A DNA stretch of 64,000 nt. Source: Malacoraja senta (taxonomy: Eukaryota). Each line of letters begins with the position of its first letter. Within the stretch, counting starts at the first letter, position 1. Shown here piece after piece: positions 47,791-60,099 of the stretch. Location: the NCBI GenBank assembly GCA_038087875.1, contig JAXLNO010000972.1, forward strand, positions 1-64,000. The letters are read 5' to 3'. Under the pieces are notes generated by a model that had not been told where the DNA came from, made no database searches, and saw only the letters and a list, made by a program, of their open reading frames with translations. The position numbers and the translations under genes were made by a program.

Positions 47791-47922
47791 CTTTATATCT
47801 GTAAGGAAGATGTTATGTGGGATGAATCAACAGTTAAAGTGAATAAACTAGTTGCATCTTTCTGAGTTCTGTTCTCTGCTGTGCCATGTCTTTGTTGACT
47901 AATATTTAATTTCCCTCCTCAG

Positions 47923-48020
47923 ATTATCAAAATATTCAACCAAAGCAGAACGTGCACTGCTAACCAATCGCTGAGTAGAAGATATCATGGATGTGATTAA
48001 AATGCAGGAACTGAAATAAA
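47923..48020 (+). CDS. Candidate terminal exon of the MHC class I-like gene (cytoplasmic tail DYQNIQPKQNVHC*, then 3' UTR)
   Basis: Branch point gactaat (47897-47903) and acceptor tttccctcctcag. Phase 1 matches the TM donor. TAA at 47961-47963 and AATAAA at 48015-48020. The link to the TM exon across a 12-kb intron is inferred. Confidence 0.55.
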
Positions 48021-48940
48021 TGGAAAGAGTTAAATTAAGTTTATCAAACATGACAGAAATTCTCAATAGACTGCCCTGCATTTGTACAAATTAGAGCTAT
48101 CTAGCAATTTATGTTGATAACAACTGATATGACTGAGGCCTCAACTCCTTTACTGTGCTTATTCCACATAAGACACAATTCCCTGTTCTTTTAGAATATA
48201 TCCACGCATTATCCATCAATTCACTACCACATCATGCCTCTTTAATACATTCATAAGGTTAACTCTGTTTCTTGTCATCTCCAAGGAACACAGAACCAGT
48301 GATTTCAGCCATTCATGGTTAGGCAACACTTGCTTATTCCAGAAATCTCTTCTAGCTGATATCAAATATTAATATATCCTTTCTTAAATTTGAGGACCAA
48401 GCTGTGCACAGTGATCCTGATTTGTCCTTAGCAACATCATGTACCATAATTACAATAGTAACCTACTTTGAATGCTAATCACCTTCTGAGTTGTGTGCTG
48501 CATCTACCTGCTAGCTTTATGTTTTGCACTTTAAGCACTTGAATCTCTTGTACTCCACTCATTGGCTATCTCACTCCATTTAGATAATAGCTTCCTTCGA
48601 ATTGCTCTTACCAGAGTGTATGAGCACATATTTTCCATTATTAAACTCCATTTGCCATGTTTATGTTCATCTAACAAAGAGTCATGGAGCCATATAGCAT
48701 GGAAGTAGGTACTTCAGCCTAATGCTCCAAGCTGAACAAGATGCTACATTTAGGTTAGTCACATTTGCCAGCGTTTGGCCCACATTCCTCTCAACATGTT
48801 CTATCCATGTACCTGTCCAAGTGTCTTTTCAATGTTGTTATTCTGTCTTCGCTGGCAGCTCATTCCATACACCCAGTAACCTCTTAGTAGAAAAGGTTGC
48901 CTCTCAGGTTCCTACTAAATCTTCCTCCTCACCTTAAACC

Positions 48941-49581
48941 CAGGGGTGCAGTGCTGCCGGAGCTCACCTGAGCACCGATCCGGCACCTCTGTTCAAGAAA
49001 AAATAAACAGCGTGGAATTTTAACTAGCGGATGTGTGGTCGGGGTAACCTGATTAAAAGAGGGGTAAGGGGAAGATCCATCACTACTGAGGTTCCCTGTA
49101 GGAGGGGGGAACACTATGATGCAGCAGAGACAGACCATGTGATGTGTGCATCGTTTGTCGTTGTGGGCCTGGAGCTGAGCCTGGAACTCTGGTGTGTGGG
49201 TGAGTGGGTGGATGTGTAGGTAAATGAGTGTGAGGGTGAGAGTGTATGTGTGTGAGTGTGTGTGTGAAGGCCCAGAGCTGCAGGATAGTCAGGGCGAGTT
49301 GGTGTCTTGCCGGCACCTCTGTAAAAATACATGATAACCGTATTTTTCTTTACTTGCTTCATAATTATATTTCTTGATAATCAGTGAGTGCAACCGTGCA
49401 ATATTTTGTCATAATTAAATTAAGTATTATATGTTTTAATGTACTAGCTATACACTGGGATGTAGTAATAGGCTATAATCTTGTTTGACCCACTAGGGAG
49501 ACTAGCTTGCCCCCCCCCAGCAAAATCTGAAATGCCCTTGTTTGACAGCTCCGACACCTAAAAAATTAGCATTGAACACTG
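48941..49581. mobile_element. hAT-type MITE inserted into a CR1 3' fragment
   Basis: 8-bp TSD CTTAAACC (48933-48940, 49582-49589) and CAG...CTG termini. The flanks rejoin as CR1 sequence. Confidence 0.78.
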
Positions 49582-49944
49582 CTTAAACCTGTTTTTGCTG
49601 GTTCTTGATTACCCTACCCTGGGTAAAATAAATCCTGATCAATCGCCCTCATGATTTTAGAAAGCTCTCTAAGCTCCAATTAAATGGTTTCAATTATAGA
49701 TAGAGTAAGACTTTGTGGTTATTTCCAACAAGAATTTTAGACTAAAGAAAGGGCAGTGGAAGTACTTGGTCAAACAGTATCTGTGGAGGCAACTGACATA
49801 TACCAACATTTCAAGGCAAGGCACTGCATTAGAATTGAAGGAGAGGATGGGAAGATTCTAACAGTTTGAAGGAGGAATGGGGCAGAGGCTGGTAAGTGGC
49901 AGGTGGAATCCGCTGGGGAGGGGATGATGGGCAGATACATAGAT

Positions 49945-50231
49945 ACATAGAAAATAGGTGCAGGAGTAGGCCATTCGGCCCTTCGAGCCTGCACCGCCAT
50001 TCAATATGATCATGGCTGATCATCCAACTCAGTATCCCATACCTGCCTTCTCTCCATACCCCCTGATCCCTTTAGCCACAAGGGCCACATCTAACTCCCT
50101 CTTAAATATAGCCAATGAAATGGCCTCAACTACCCTCTGTGGCAGAGAGTTCCAGAGATTCACCACTCTCTGTGTGAAAAAGTTTGTCCTCATCTCGGTC
50201 TTAAAGGATTTCCCCCTTATCCTTAAGCTGT
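49945..50231 (-). mobile_element. CR1 3' end
   Basis: catagatacatagaaa tail; near-identical to 26267-26560. Confidence 0.92.
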
Positions 50232-52214
50232 AAGATGGAGCAAAGTTGGTGTATGGGTGGTTGTGGGAGAACAAATGAACGCCAGTGGTATGGATAAGCT
50301 GAAATGTGAAAACTTTATATTCATACCATCGGCTTGTAAGTTACCCAGGTGGATTATCAGATATTTTACTTAAAACGTTATGTGCCCAAGGTTAACGACA
50401 GATGGGTGAGTGTGAGAGTGGGAAGGGGTATTAAAATACCATACAACAGATCTCAGGATGATCTTTACTTCAAAGGGATGTGCTCTACAAAATGGTTGAC
50501 ATCTAAGCTAGTTTCTCCACAGTGTGAGCAATGAATGCAGTAGAGAAAGTTGAAAGAGGTGCAAGTGAACCTCTGTCTCATTTGAACAGTTTATTCTCCT
50601 GTTGTTCACCTCTTCCTCCTCCTCTCCTACCTGTTTCCATCTACCCATTATCCTCTCCCCACCTGGTTCTACGTTTGATCTACCAGCCTCTGTCCTATCC
50701 CTCCCTGATTGCTATATATTGGCAAACCATCCTCTTCCCTAACAGGTCTGGTGCAGGTTCTTGACCCTATTTGTGACATCAACCATTTGTCCCAATAATT
50801 TTGCTTGAGCCATTGAATGCTTTCAGTCTTCTGTTTTTAGTTGCAGATTCCATTAGCTACAGTCATTATTGGATAGAATATATGTTGTTTTAACGCTGCA
50901 CTTAGTCTGAGACACAGCACCAATAAATGTTGTTACATAACGCTTGGTTATTTGATGATGTCAAAAGTCTTGATTGTTTGTACTTTGTACATTTCTAATC
51001 TAATGCAAAGAATTTATCATTCATAAGAATATAAAATTATCCACGGTGACTGGTGGTACAGAGATCAAGTACATTTTATGTGGCTCATTTGGTACAAGTT
51101 CTGCTCTTGAGATTTCACCTTATAATAGTTGCCTGTAGAATGTGCTCGATGAATGGACCATTGAGTATAAGATTTTTGGAAATAGATTGGCATGAAATCC
51201 AAGTAAACACATTGGATTGCACCCTGTTTTATAGTGGATTCATGTTGTGAAGTAAAGGCAAGATATATGGAATGTGCAAGATATAATATGAAAGATATAA
51301 TATGCAAGGCGCAAAATTAAATTGTTGTTAAGAAAATGTAAGGCCTCCATTTATTTGCAACAGCATCAATCACAGTTATCTAACGTCAAAGTTGATTTTG
51401 TATTTTTTAAAGAATGAATGGGAACAAAATGATCAAAAATGAATTGGCAGTCAAAGTAATACAAGGTTGTACTGGAGACAAGTGTGTAGGAACAGGCCAC
51501 TCTGCCTATCCTGCCAATACTGCTGCATATAGTCCACATGACCCTCTTCCCACCTTATGCGATCTGCAACATGGTTGGCAAGTCTATGCTGGATTCTCCA
51601 ATGTAGAACCGACTGTTCTTTTCTCTTTTGTGCTTGCCCAGCCTTCCCCTAAATGCAATTTATTGATCTGGATCCTCATTCTCACCTGTATTGGGTGGGA
51701 GGGGAGGAGAGGGAGCATTCTCTGTCGAATTCCCTGCTGGATTTTATGGTGGAAATGTTTTCACCATAGTGATTCATTTAAAAGCTTTATGTATTTTAAT
51801 ATCTCCCTTCAGCCACTTCCCAAAAGGGTGGTGGGCAGGGGGTGGATGACTTACCCAGGGACATTCGATGACCGTGTTTTGTTTATTTTATCCAAACATT
51901 TTTTAATATAGATTAATATAGTATTATTTTTTTTGTATCTTGGGTAAGCACATTGAAATAGCAATGGATGGCGTGTTCAGAAAATGATTTCTGATTTGTC
52001 CTTGCTTTGTGAACACCAAACCAATGTATGCATCTGCAAAAAGGCATTGGCACCAGGGTCTCGGTTCCTTTTAAGCATCACAGTTATCATGTTCTTCGAT
52101 GCAGAGGAAATGTGTCCACGATAAATACAAAAATGTTGAAATGCAGAATATAAAAGTAATAGGAATTCAGGCATTTGAGCCTCAACTATTATTCCATGTG
52201 ATCAACTGTGACCT

Positions 52215-52420
52215 AAAATTTATACCTTGATCCTTTTATTTCTCTGATCCTTTGACCATACAAATAACATATAACTCCTTGTATAAATTCAATGTTCTGT
52301 GTTCAACTGCTTCCAGTGGTATAACATTCCACACGTTCATCATTCTGTGGGAGAAGTAATCGCTCTTCATCTCAACTTGAAGCCTGATCATCAGATTGTG
52401 ACCACTGGGCCCTGAACTGA
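52215..52420 (-). mobile_element. CR1 fragment
   Basis: FSHRMMNVWNVIP is a variant of the CR1 FTQRVVNLWNSLP motif. Confidence 0.65.
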
Positions 52421-52436
52421 CCGGATTTCCCTCTTG

Positions 52437-52520
52437 AATATATGTATACGTACATATATACACATATATATATGTGTGTGTGTGTGTGTGTGTACCTGTG
52501 AGTATGTGTATATATATGCA
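52437..52520. repeat. Compound (TA)/(TG) microsatellite
   Basis: Seen directly in the sequence. Confidence 0.9.
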
Positions 52521-53287
52521 CACTGATTTTTTTTCTCTTCCTCGCTTTTCATATTGTTTACAGTGTACTATGTTTACATATTCCGTTGTGCTGCAGCGAG
52601 TAAGAATTTCATTATATTATCTGGGACATATGACAATAAAACACTCTTGACTCTCTTCAATCTGTACAGACCCATAAGACTGTTGTAGATGATTTTGAAT
52701 GGTTCTAATCACAATGTAAAACTAATCGCCCAAATCGCCCTTCATACATTAGTCCTCCCATCCCTGAAATCTGATGAACCTTCACAGCACTCCCTGCATA
52801 ACAAGAACATTCTTCCTAAGATCAGGAGACTAAAACTGCAGATGCCATGGTCATGGCAAGTACATTTCTCAAAATAACATGATGTATCTTTAGAAAGGGA
52901 TAAGGAGGAATCTCTAGAGTCAGAGGGTGGTGAATCACATATTAAGTTCTTGGAGCTCTGGAAAATTATCAATCTTTGATGGGAAGAATGGATAGGGAGG
53001 CTGCTCACTTTGCTGGAGGGTTTGAGAGTGGACAAGGAGTTCTATGCAACGTGCGTTTGGAATTTCAAGTGTACGGCATGTAGATGTTGTGTAGTTGGGT
53101 CCATTATGCCCTTAGTGCATTGGAAAAGGGAAACAGGGTTTTCACCTATGATGACATTTTCTGCTAACTGCACTTTATGGTAAGCAAGTAGGCTGGCTTT
53201 GGGAAACAATTAGATGATTGATGGCTCGCTTAGAATAACTGGGAAATTATGGAGCAGCCTACAAGGATATTTACAGTGTAGCTAAAG

Positions 53288-54000
53288 TTTTTTTTTTTTT
53301 AATTTATTATTATTATTTTTTTATGCACATTATTATTATTTTTTTTTAATTTTATTTATTAGAAGCACATTACGTTACAACCACGTCCATTAGTACTCGT
53401 CACATATATTTTATTACAATTAATGTACTCCGATTTTTTTTTTACATTGATAAAGGGAGAGGATAAGATTAAGAGAAAGAGGAAAGTGAAGGAAAAGGTG
53501 AAAGTGTAAAAAAAAGCAACAAAAAACGTGACAACAAGAAAGAACAAAGACCCTATAAGAAAAAGAGTTAAGAAGTAGACCCTAGAAAAGAAGAAGAAAA
53601 AGAGAAAGGAAAAAGAGAAGAACAAATACCTTTTTTATCAGCATCCCGCAAATGGGACATACCAAATCTTCAATTTTCATCCCCCCCCCTTCCCGACCTC
53701 AGTTTTTTTAAAGTACCTTTGCACCCTATATTTGTAATAATTCTATAAATGCCGACCACGTCAGATGGAAGTGGTCTGGTTTACCTGCCAGGAGGAGTCT
53801 TATCTCTTCTAGGTATAATGTTTCAAACATATTTGAAATCCACATGTTTATAGTTAGTATTGGAGCATTTTTCCAAAATTTTAGGATTAACGTTTTTCCA
53901 GTTATTAACCCATAGTCTATTAGTTTCTTTTGAAACACATTTAGTTCTGGACTATCTTTCGTTATTCCAAAGATAATCCATTCTGCTTTGGGTATCAGTT
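53288..54000 (-). mobile_element. L1 family A, 5'-truncated (713 bp)
   Basis: 14-bp TSD CAGTGTAGCTAAAG (53274-53287, 54001-54014). ORF2 C-terminus is almost identical to the end of ORF 18531-20183. Confidence 0.95.
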
Positions 54001-55299
54001 CAGTGTAGCTAAAGGATAAGTTAAACCTTTCTTTTCTCTGAGACATGCAAGAATAGCTCGGTGCTTGATTTAATGCAGAACTTTTGAAGTACAGTGGCTG
54101 GGCCTGCAAGATCTCTATACCAGCCATCATAAATAGGAGTCTCTAATGGGCAGAAGACTGTGAGACTTGATGGTATTTGCCACGGCTTCTATCATTTAAC
54201 ACATTGAGCTGAAAGCCATGAGATTCATTGCTTTTTTAATGCTTTATCTTGTAATTTGATGTAATAAAGATAGTCATTTGTACCCCTGAAATTTTCTTTC
54301 TCCGTTCATTGATCTGAATCCTATTTATGTTTCATCACAAAGAGAGAATTGGATAAACTAATTGTGTGCAAAAACATGCAAAACTACAGTCGAAGGGCTG
54401 GGGTTGAACAAGTGATTTTCTCCAGTAGAGAGGTGGCATTGGCCTGATAGGATGAATGGTCTCCATCAGCACAGTAAACATTTAAATGATCCATTGATTT
54501 GTATTTATCATTGTATATCAAATAAACTTAGGGATACGGAAGGAGAAATATTTTGGCCTGTTTATATGGTGCAAAATAACCCACCCCAGAACAATAAATA
54601 GTTGTGAATTTACACTTAATATTATCTGTCACTGAAGCAGAGTGCAGAGGTTCTCAAATTAATTTAAGAAATAGTATTAAGGCGACTGTATAGAAAATGG
54701 TGGGTATTGCTTGGCTGCAAGATGGAGTAGTATTGTAGTGGTAGTGATGAGGTGTTTTGATGGCAGTGATCATAATTTAGCATGATTAAAGTAGCAATGT
54801 ACACCAGGAATGCAGGTTCGCAGCTGAGGTGAAAACATTTCCAAGACTGCAACATAATTTAACAGAAATGTAATACAAAATGTAATAAAATAGGGCAATT
54901 AAATGGTAACAGTTAACAGATCTCTGGGGATACTAGAAACTGCAGATATTGGATCGTTGAGCAAAACTGTTGGAGGAACACAGTGGGTCAGGCAACATCT
55001 GTGGGATGGAATGAACCACCGACATTTCAGGCTGGAACTCTTGTTCAGACTGGTGACTTCAAAACGTTGTCAGTCGATTCCCACCACAGATGCTGCCTGA
55101 CACAATGAATTCTTCATGCACTTTGTTTTTAACACACCAGCTGGAAAGAGTCCAGAGAAGATTTACAAGCAGAATTCATAGTGGCATTTGAAGTCTTTTG
55201 AAAGGCATAGATATGCAGGGAAAGGAGGGATATGGAACATGTGTTGGTGGAGGAGATTAGTGCAACTTGGCATCACGTTCAGAACAGAAGATGTGGGCC

Positions 55300-55780
55300 C
55301 AAGGGCCTGTTCCTATACTGAACTGTTCTGCAAGTCACTGAGTCTATGTTCAGGGAGGGTGAGGTTGAGAAGGCTCTGATTTCATTCCTTAGAGTGCAGG
55401 AGGATGGGGTGATCTGAAAGAGGTTTACAAAATTATGAGAGCAATCAATCAGGTAAATGCGCATGAGTTTTTTGATCACAATAGGGGACTCGAGAACCAG
55501 AGGGTATAGGTTTACGGTGAGAGGGGGTGAGTGGGGAGATTTAACAGGAACCTGGGGGGTAAATTTTTTACACAAAGAGTGGTGGGTATATGGAACGAGC
55601 TGCCAGAGGAGGAGGTTGAGACAGCTACTATCATAACAATAAACAGACAATTGGGCAGGTACATGCATATGATAGGTTTAGCGGGTTATGAGCCAAGCGT
55701 GGGGAGTTGGGACTAATGTAGATGGGGCATGCTGTGCCGAAAAGCCCGTTTCACCGAAGTGTGATTCGATGACTTAATCC
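55300..55780 (+). mobile_element. CR1 3' fragment
   Basis: KFFTQRVVGIWNELP motif. Confidence 0.8.
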
Positions 55781-55794
55781 CACTTTGGCACCTT

Positions 55795-55990
55795 ACACAT
55801 TTTACTAGGGGCAATTTACAGGGGGCAATTAACCTATAAACCTGCACGAGTTTGGAATGTGGGTGGAGACCAGCGCCCGGAGAAAACCCACGCAGTCAGT
55901 GTGAACCTACGACCTTCACACAGATAGCGTCCGTAGTCGGGATCAAACCCGGGTCTCAGACGCTGCGAGGCATCTGTTCGGCTGCTGCGA
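55795..55990 (-). mobile_element. HE1/SacSINE-like SINE
   Basis: Same SINE core as the other copies. Confidence 0.75.
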
Positions 55991-57269
55991 AGCTGCCCTT
56001 AATATTTGTTTGTATGAACTGATTTAAATCAAGGATTTTGGTATAGATATGACTTCCACGTTTAGGAAATGTGTGAATGTCAGCAAAGTTGTTTGCAGGT
56101 GTAGTATTGTAGCAACATGTAAACTGCCTTAACACTCAATAACTTTACCAAGCTAACTCCTCCTCCATCAATCTCTGTTCAAATAATAATTGAATCACCA
56201 GCCTTTTGACCACACAGTGGGACTCGCGTGAACTTGGAAGCTGTAAGTGTTTATGTCCTGGGAAGAAAAGACTCATTTGGACTGGTGTTACGTTTGGCCA
56301 CTGAATGGAAGATTATAATCATTTCCCTCTGGATGGTGGAATCAACACCCTTTCGCTTTCCAAGCGGGCAATTAGTGCTATTCTCCCTTTGAAATCTACC
56401 GTGTAAAAATAGCACCTGTAGATCGAGATCCAAATTGGCCGCCATTCTGATTTGGAAATATGTCGCTGATCCTCAGTATTGCAAATGCAGAAACGCCCCA
56501 CGCCGACAGAATATTGTACGGGCGCCAGGAGGTCTTCAGCGGTGGAAAAAAGGATGGCTCTTCACCACGTCGTCAAAGGCAAAAAGGAAATTTTAATAAA
56601 ACCGTGTACCTGCTTAAAATAAACACTGGGTGTTGCAATCGACAGATACAACGTATTGATTTATTATTGACACGGGTAACGAGATACAGTGAAAACCCCT
56701 TTGCGTGGTATTCAGCCAAATCATACTATGCATGAATACAATTAAGCCATACATAAGTAATGTAAAGATTTTAAAAATACCAGCGTGCAGAATATAGTGT
56801 TACAGCGTTCTGACGCTGCTCTTACAGCTAATGTGCAGATAAAATAAATGTACAAGTGTACATTGCCTAACGTAGACGTGCTCGGCGATTTGCAACGGTG
56901 CATAAAAGGCTTCTATGAAATATGATTTCCCCGCGGTTGCATGAAGCTGATATAGGGATGCGATGCATGGATTCATAATGGGACTGAGAGAGGGAGCTGT
57001 GTGGTGAGAAGTTTCGTGCATTTTAGTGAGTTAGTCTCTGCGCTACGTCAGGATGATAATATTTCGATTTTGTGACATCACAAAGAAATACGGATAGTAA
57101 TTGACAACATTAAAAGCTGTTCCATGGAGACGTCCCATAGAACATGACGAATAGCATTTACAAGATATGAACAAAGAACAACCTATCGGAGGAACTCTGT
57201 GGATCAGGCAGCATCTGTGCTGGGGAGGGACAGATTAAGTTTCGTGTCGAAACCCTTGGCATCCTTGCA

Positions 57270-57625
57270 AGACATATTGAATAATGAAAGGACTAGATAG
57301 AGTGTAGGTGGAGGGAATGTTTCCACTATTGGGAAAGTCTAGGACCAGGGGCCACAACCTCAGAACAGTTGTAGGGTGGTGATTATGTGTAATTGGTTGC
57401 TACAGAAGGCTGTGGAGGCCATGTCAATGGATATTTTTTCAGGTGGAGATGGATAAATTCTTGATTAGTGCGGATGTCAGTGGTTAAGGGGGAGAACGCA
57501 GGAGAATGGGGTAAAGAATGAAAGAGAGATCGGCCATAATTGAATGGAAGAATAGTCATGATGGGCGGAATGGCCTAATTGTGCTCCTACAATTTGTCAA
57601 TTTATGAACTTATGAAGACTTGGCT
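57270..57625 (+). mobile_element. CR1 3' end
   Basis: CR1 3' UTR ending ttatgaacttatgaa. Confidence 0.8.
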
Positions 57626-57763
57626 TCTTTAGGTTAGTTGATAAATACTTCTGAGATGCTTTCGTGGAGTTGCTCATGTTCGAAACACAAACGGCATGCC
57701 ATCTATGCTCTGTCCAAACAATTTTTATTATGCGACAACACGTAAATGGATTTAGATAATAGA

Positions 57764-58701
57764 TTAAGAAAAAACGTTACGTAATCTCTGGTCCGAGGTT
57801 AGAACTAATTTATTCAATAAAGTAAAAGGATATTTCAGCGTATTCGTCAATGATTCTCTGAACTTTGCCTGAGCCACCGCATAAATAAATGTGTTTGTGC
57901 ACGAACTCAGGCACTGCAGCATATACCCAGTGTGCTCCATAATGGCGAAAGGATCGTTGTAATCTGTGAGCATGAACTCAACGCCTGTAAATTGTGTGCA
58001 TATGTAATGTACAAATGTTACCATCCATAGCAGTATAAAACATCTTGAGATGGAGAGCAGTAAAATGATCGATTTTCTGCGGTTTACAATCTCCGGATCA
58101 GTGCAACCCTCGCTTTTGCCGGCCCCCCGGAGTCCCTTACTTATCCGACTAGCCTGTAAAATAGGTCTGGTGGTCAGGGCATTAAGCAGCACAATCAAAA
58201 GGTAAGGTACAAACGATGTTAAGGTGATGTCGAAGAAGAAGTATGCAACCCATATTGGTAAACTGGGGAGTCTTGACTTCACTTTGCAGAACCATGGCAC
58301 GTTGTCAATGATCGCCTGGTACTCGTTTTCAAAATAAATTGTGATATTTTCTACAAAGCTTAATCCAGACACTGCCACAATAACTATGACGGCAGTTCTT
58401 TCGGTGCAATATTTTAATCTCAACTTCTGACAACAAATGGCGATGTATCGGTCAAATGTGAAGGCAACGGTTAGCCAGACCGAACAATCAATGGCTGCGA
58501 ACACATGGGCAATTTTAAGGCTGCAAACGGGAGTATAATGCAAGAAGGAAAGCGGAAAATACATGTCATTAATCTCATATAATACTACATCAAATATTGT
58601 CACCAGTAGGTTTGCAACAGTCATGGCAACCATGTAATGTGTGATGCATTTGGAAAGACCACAGTTCCCACGAGATAGAATCACAATCGCCATAAGATTA
58701 C
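57764..58701 (-). CDS. Class A GPCR, GPR139/GPR142-like family, main coding exon
   Basis: Open frame: NLMAIVILSRGNCGLSKCIT, TM3 SVWLTVAFTFDRYIAIC (DRY), TM7 SSCTNTFIY. Likely phase-1 acceptor tattattggag| at 58702-58703. The ORF-track extension to 58831 runs into repeat-derived sequence. First exon not identified. Confidence 0.88.
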
Positions 58702-59049
58702 CTCCAATAATAGAAAGATGCGCAGTCACAGAGAATAACCGCTTTGGACAAAACGTTACTTGGCGATTAACTCCAAATCTTTCATAAATAAAACACAACG
58801 CGTTGGAGTAACTCGGCGGATCAGGCGTCATCTGTGGAAGGAATGGATTTGCGACATTACCGGACGGTCAGGAGCCCTCTTCGGACTTAAGAAGCGTCCC
58901 GACCGGTAACGTTGCCTATAGAGCCAAGATTCAAGAGTGTTTTATTGTCATATGTCCCAGTTAGAACAATGAAATTGATACTTGCAGCATAGTACATTCC
59001 AAACAATATAATCAACGAGAGAGAAAAAGGTCAGTGTGGTGTGTACATA

Positions 59050-59190
59050 CACATATCCACCCATATACCGTCCGAAGAAGGTCTCCACCCGAAACGTCAC
59101 CCATTCCTTCTCTCCATGATACCTGTCTCGCTGAAATACTCCAGCTTTTTGTGTCTATCTTCGGTTTAAACCAGCACCTGCGAATCCTTC
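59050..59190. repeat. Short interspersed repeat (gatgctgcctg...ctgagttactccagc type), about 9 copies between 29 and 59 kb
   Basis: Related copies at ~29235, 30440, 34800, 35390, 37085, 54925, 57170 and 58790. Probably the terminal repeat of Penelope-like elements (inference). Confidence 0.65.
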
Positions 59191-59192
59191 CT

Positions 59193-59233
<41 letters not shown>

Positions 59234-59285
59234 GACAAACAGGCAGACCGACAGACAGAGATAGAGAGATAGATAGATAGATAAC
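59190..59285. repeat. (AT)n(AGAC)n(AGAT)n microsatellite
   Basis: Seen directly in the sequence. Confidence 0.9.
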
Positions 59286-60099
59286 TGTAAATCTTAACAC
59301 TGGCTCATGTGGAGTGCATTTGATGAAATTTGAACAAGTGGCAAATTTTCTACAGCTGACGATTTTTTCCCTCTTGATTTCAATGCAAGTAATAACAAAA
59401 CATGGAGAGATATTACATTGGGTTTATGATCTTATACGGGATGTGAAAATCATTTCTATTGCATTTCTATTAACGTTAATTTGAGGGTTTGTTTGTATCA
59501 ATGCTACATTATCTGCCAGCATTAGGATTGGATTAGAGGGTATTCGCTGTAAGTATTGTTTGCACAGACTTGGATTGTTTTCTCTGGAAGGCCATAGGTA
59601 GAGTTGAGTTCTGATAAAGTATATAACATTTTGAGATGTAAAGATATGGTAGGCAGTCGAAAACGTTTTTCTCCCCCAGTTGAAGGGAAAGGCGAAAGGT
59701 CATAACTTTAACATGAAAGGGGAAACGTTTGACAGTGAGGATGGTTGGTGGCTGGAATGCGCTGCCACATGTGGCGGTGGCCGGATGCAATAATGACGTT
59801 GAAGAGGGTTTTAGATAGGCACGTGGGTATGCAGGGAATGGATCATGTGCAGGCAAATCAGGTTACTTTATCTTCACATCATGTTCAGCACCTACATTGT
59901 AAGTTCATGTGCTGGACTGTTCCATGTTCTGTGCCTTCAAATTATTCTCCGAATGAAAAATGACCAGAAGAATCAGCCAAGCATTGGAGATCGCGCAATG
60001 GTCTCATTAACAAACGCAATAAACCGAGGAATTAACCATTTGTCGAAAAGATTCCGTGTTCTGCATGGACTGAATATAGAAACAAACAAAAAGGCAATG

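Noticed and set aside
47899-48081. Minus-strand 60-aa ORF with a good acceptor as a terminal exon
   Set aside because: No partner exons or homology. The + strand reading (branch point, phase match, YQNI, AATAAA) explains the region better.
56380-57130. CpG-containing unique stretch with CRE-like motifs (tacgtca, tgacatca)
   Set aside because: The short motifs are expected by chance, and there is no supported ORF or exon.
58702-58831. N-terminal 43 aa of the GPCR ORF in the ORF track
   Set aside because: It lies upstream of a plausible splice acceptor and overlaps a short interspersed repeat (58790-58920), so it is probably intron read-through.
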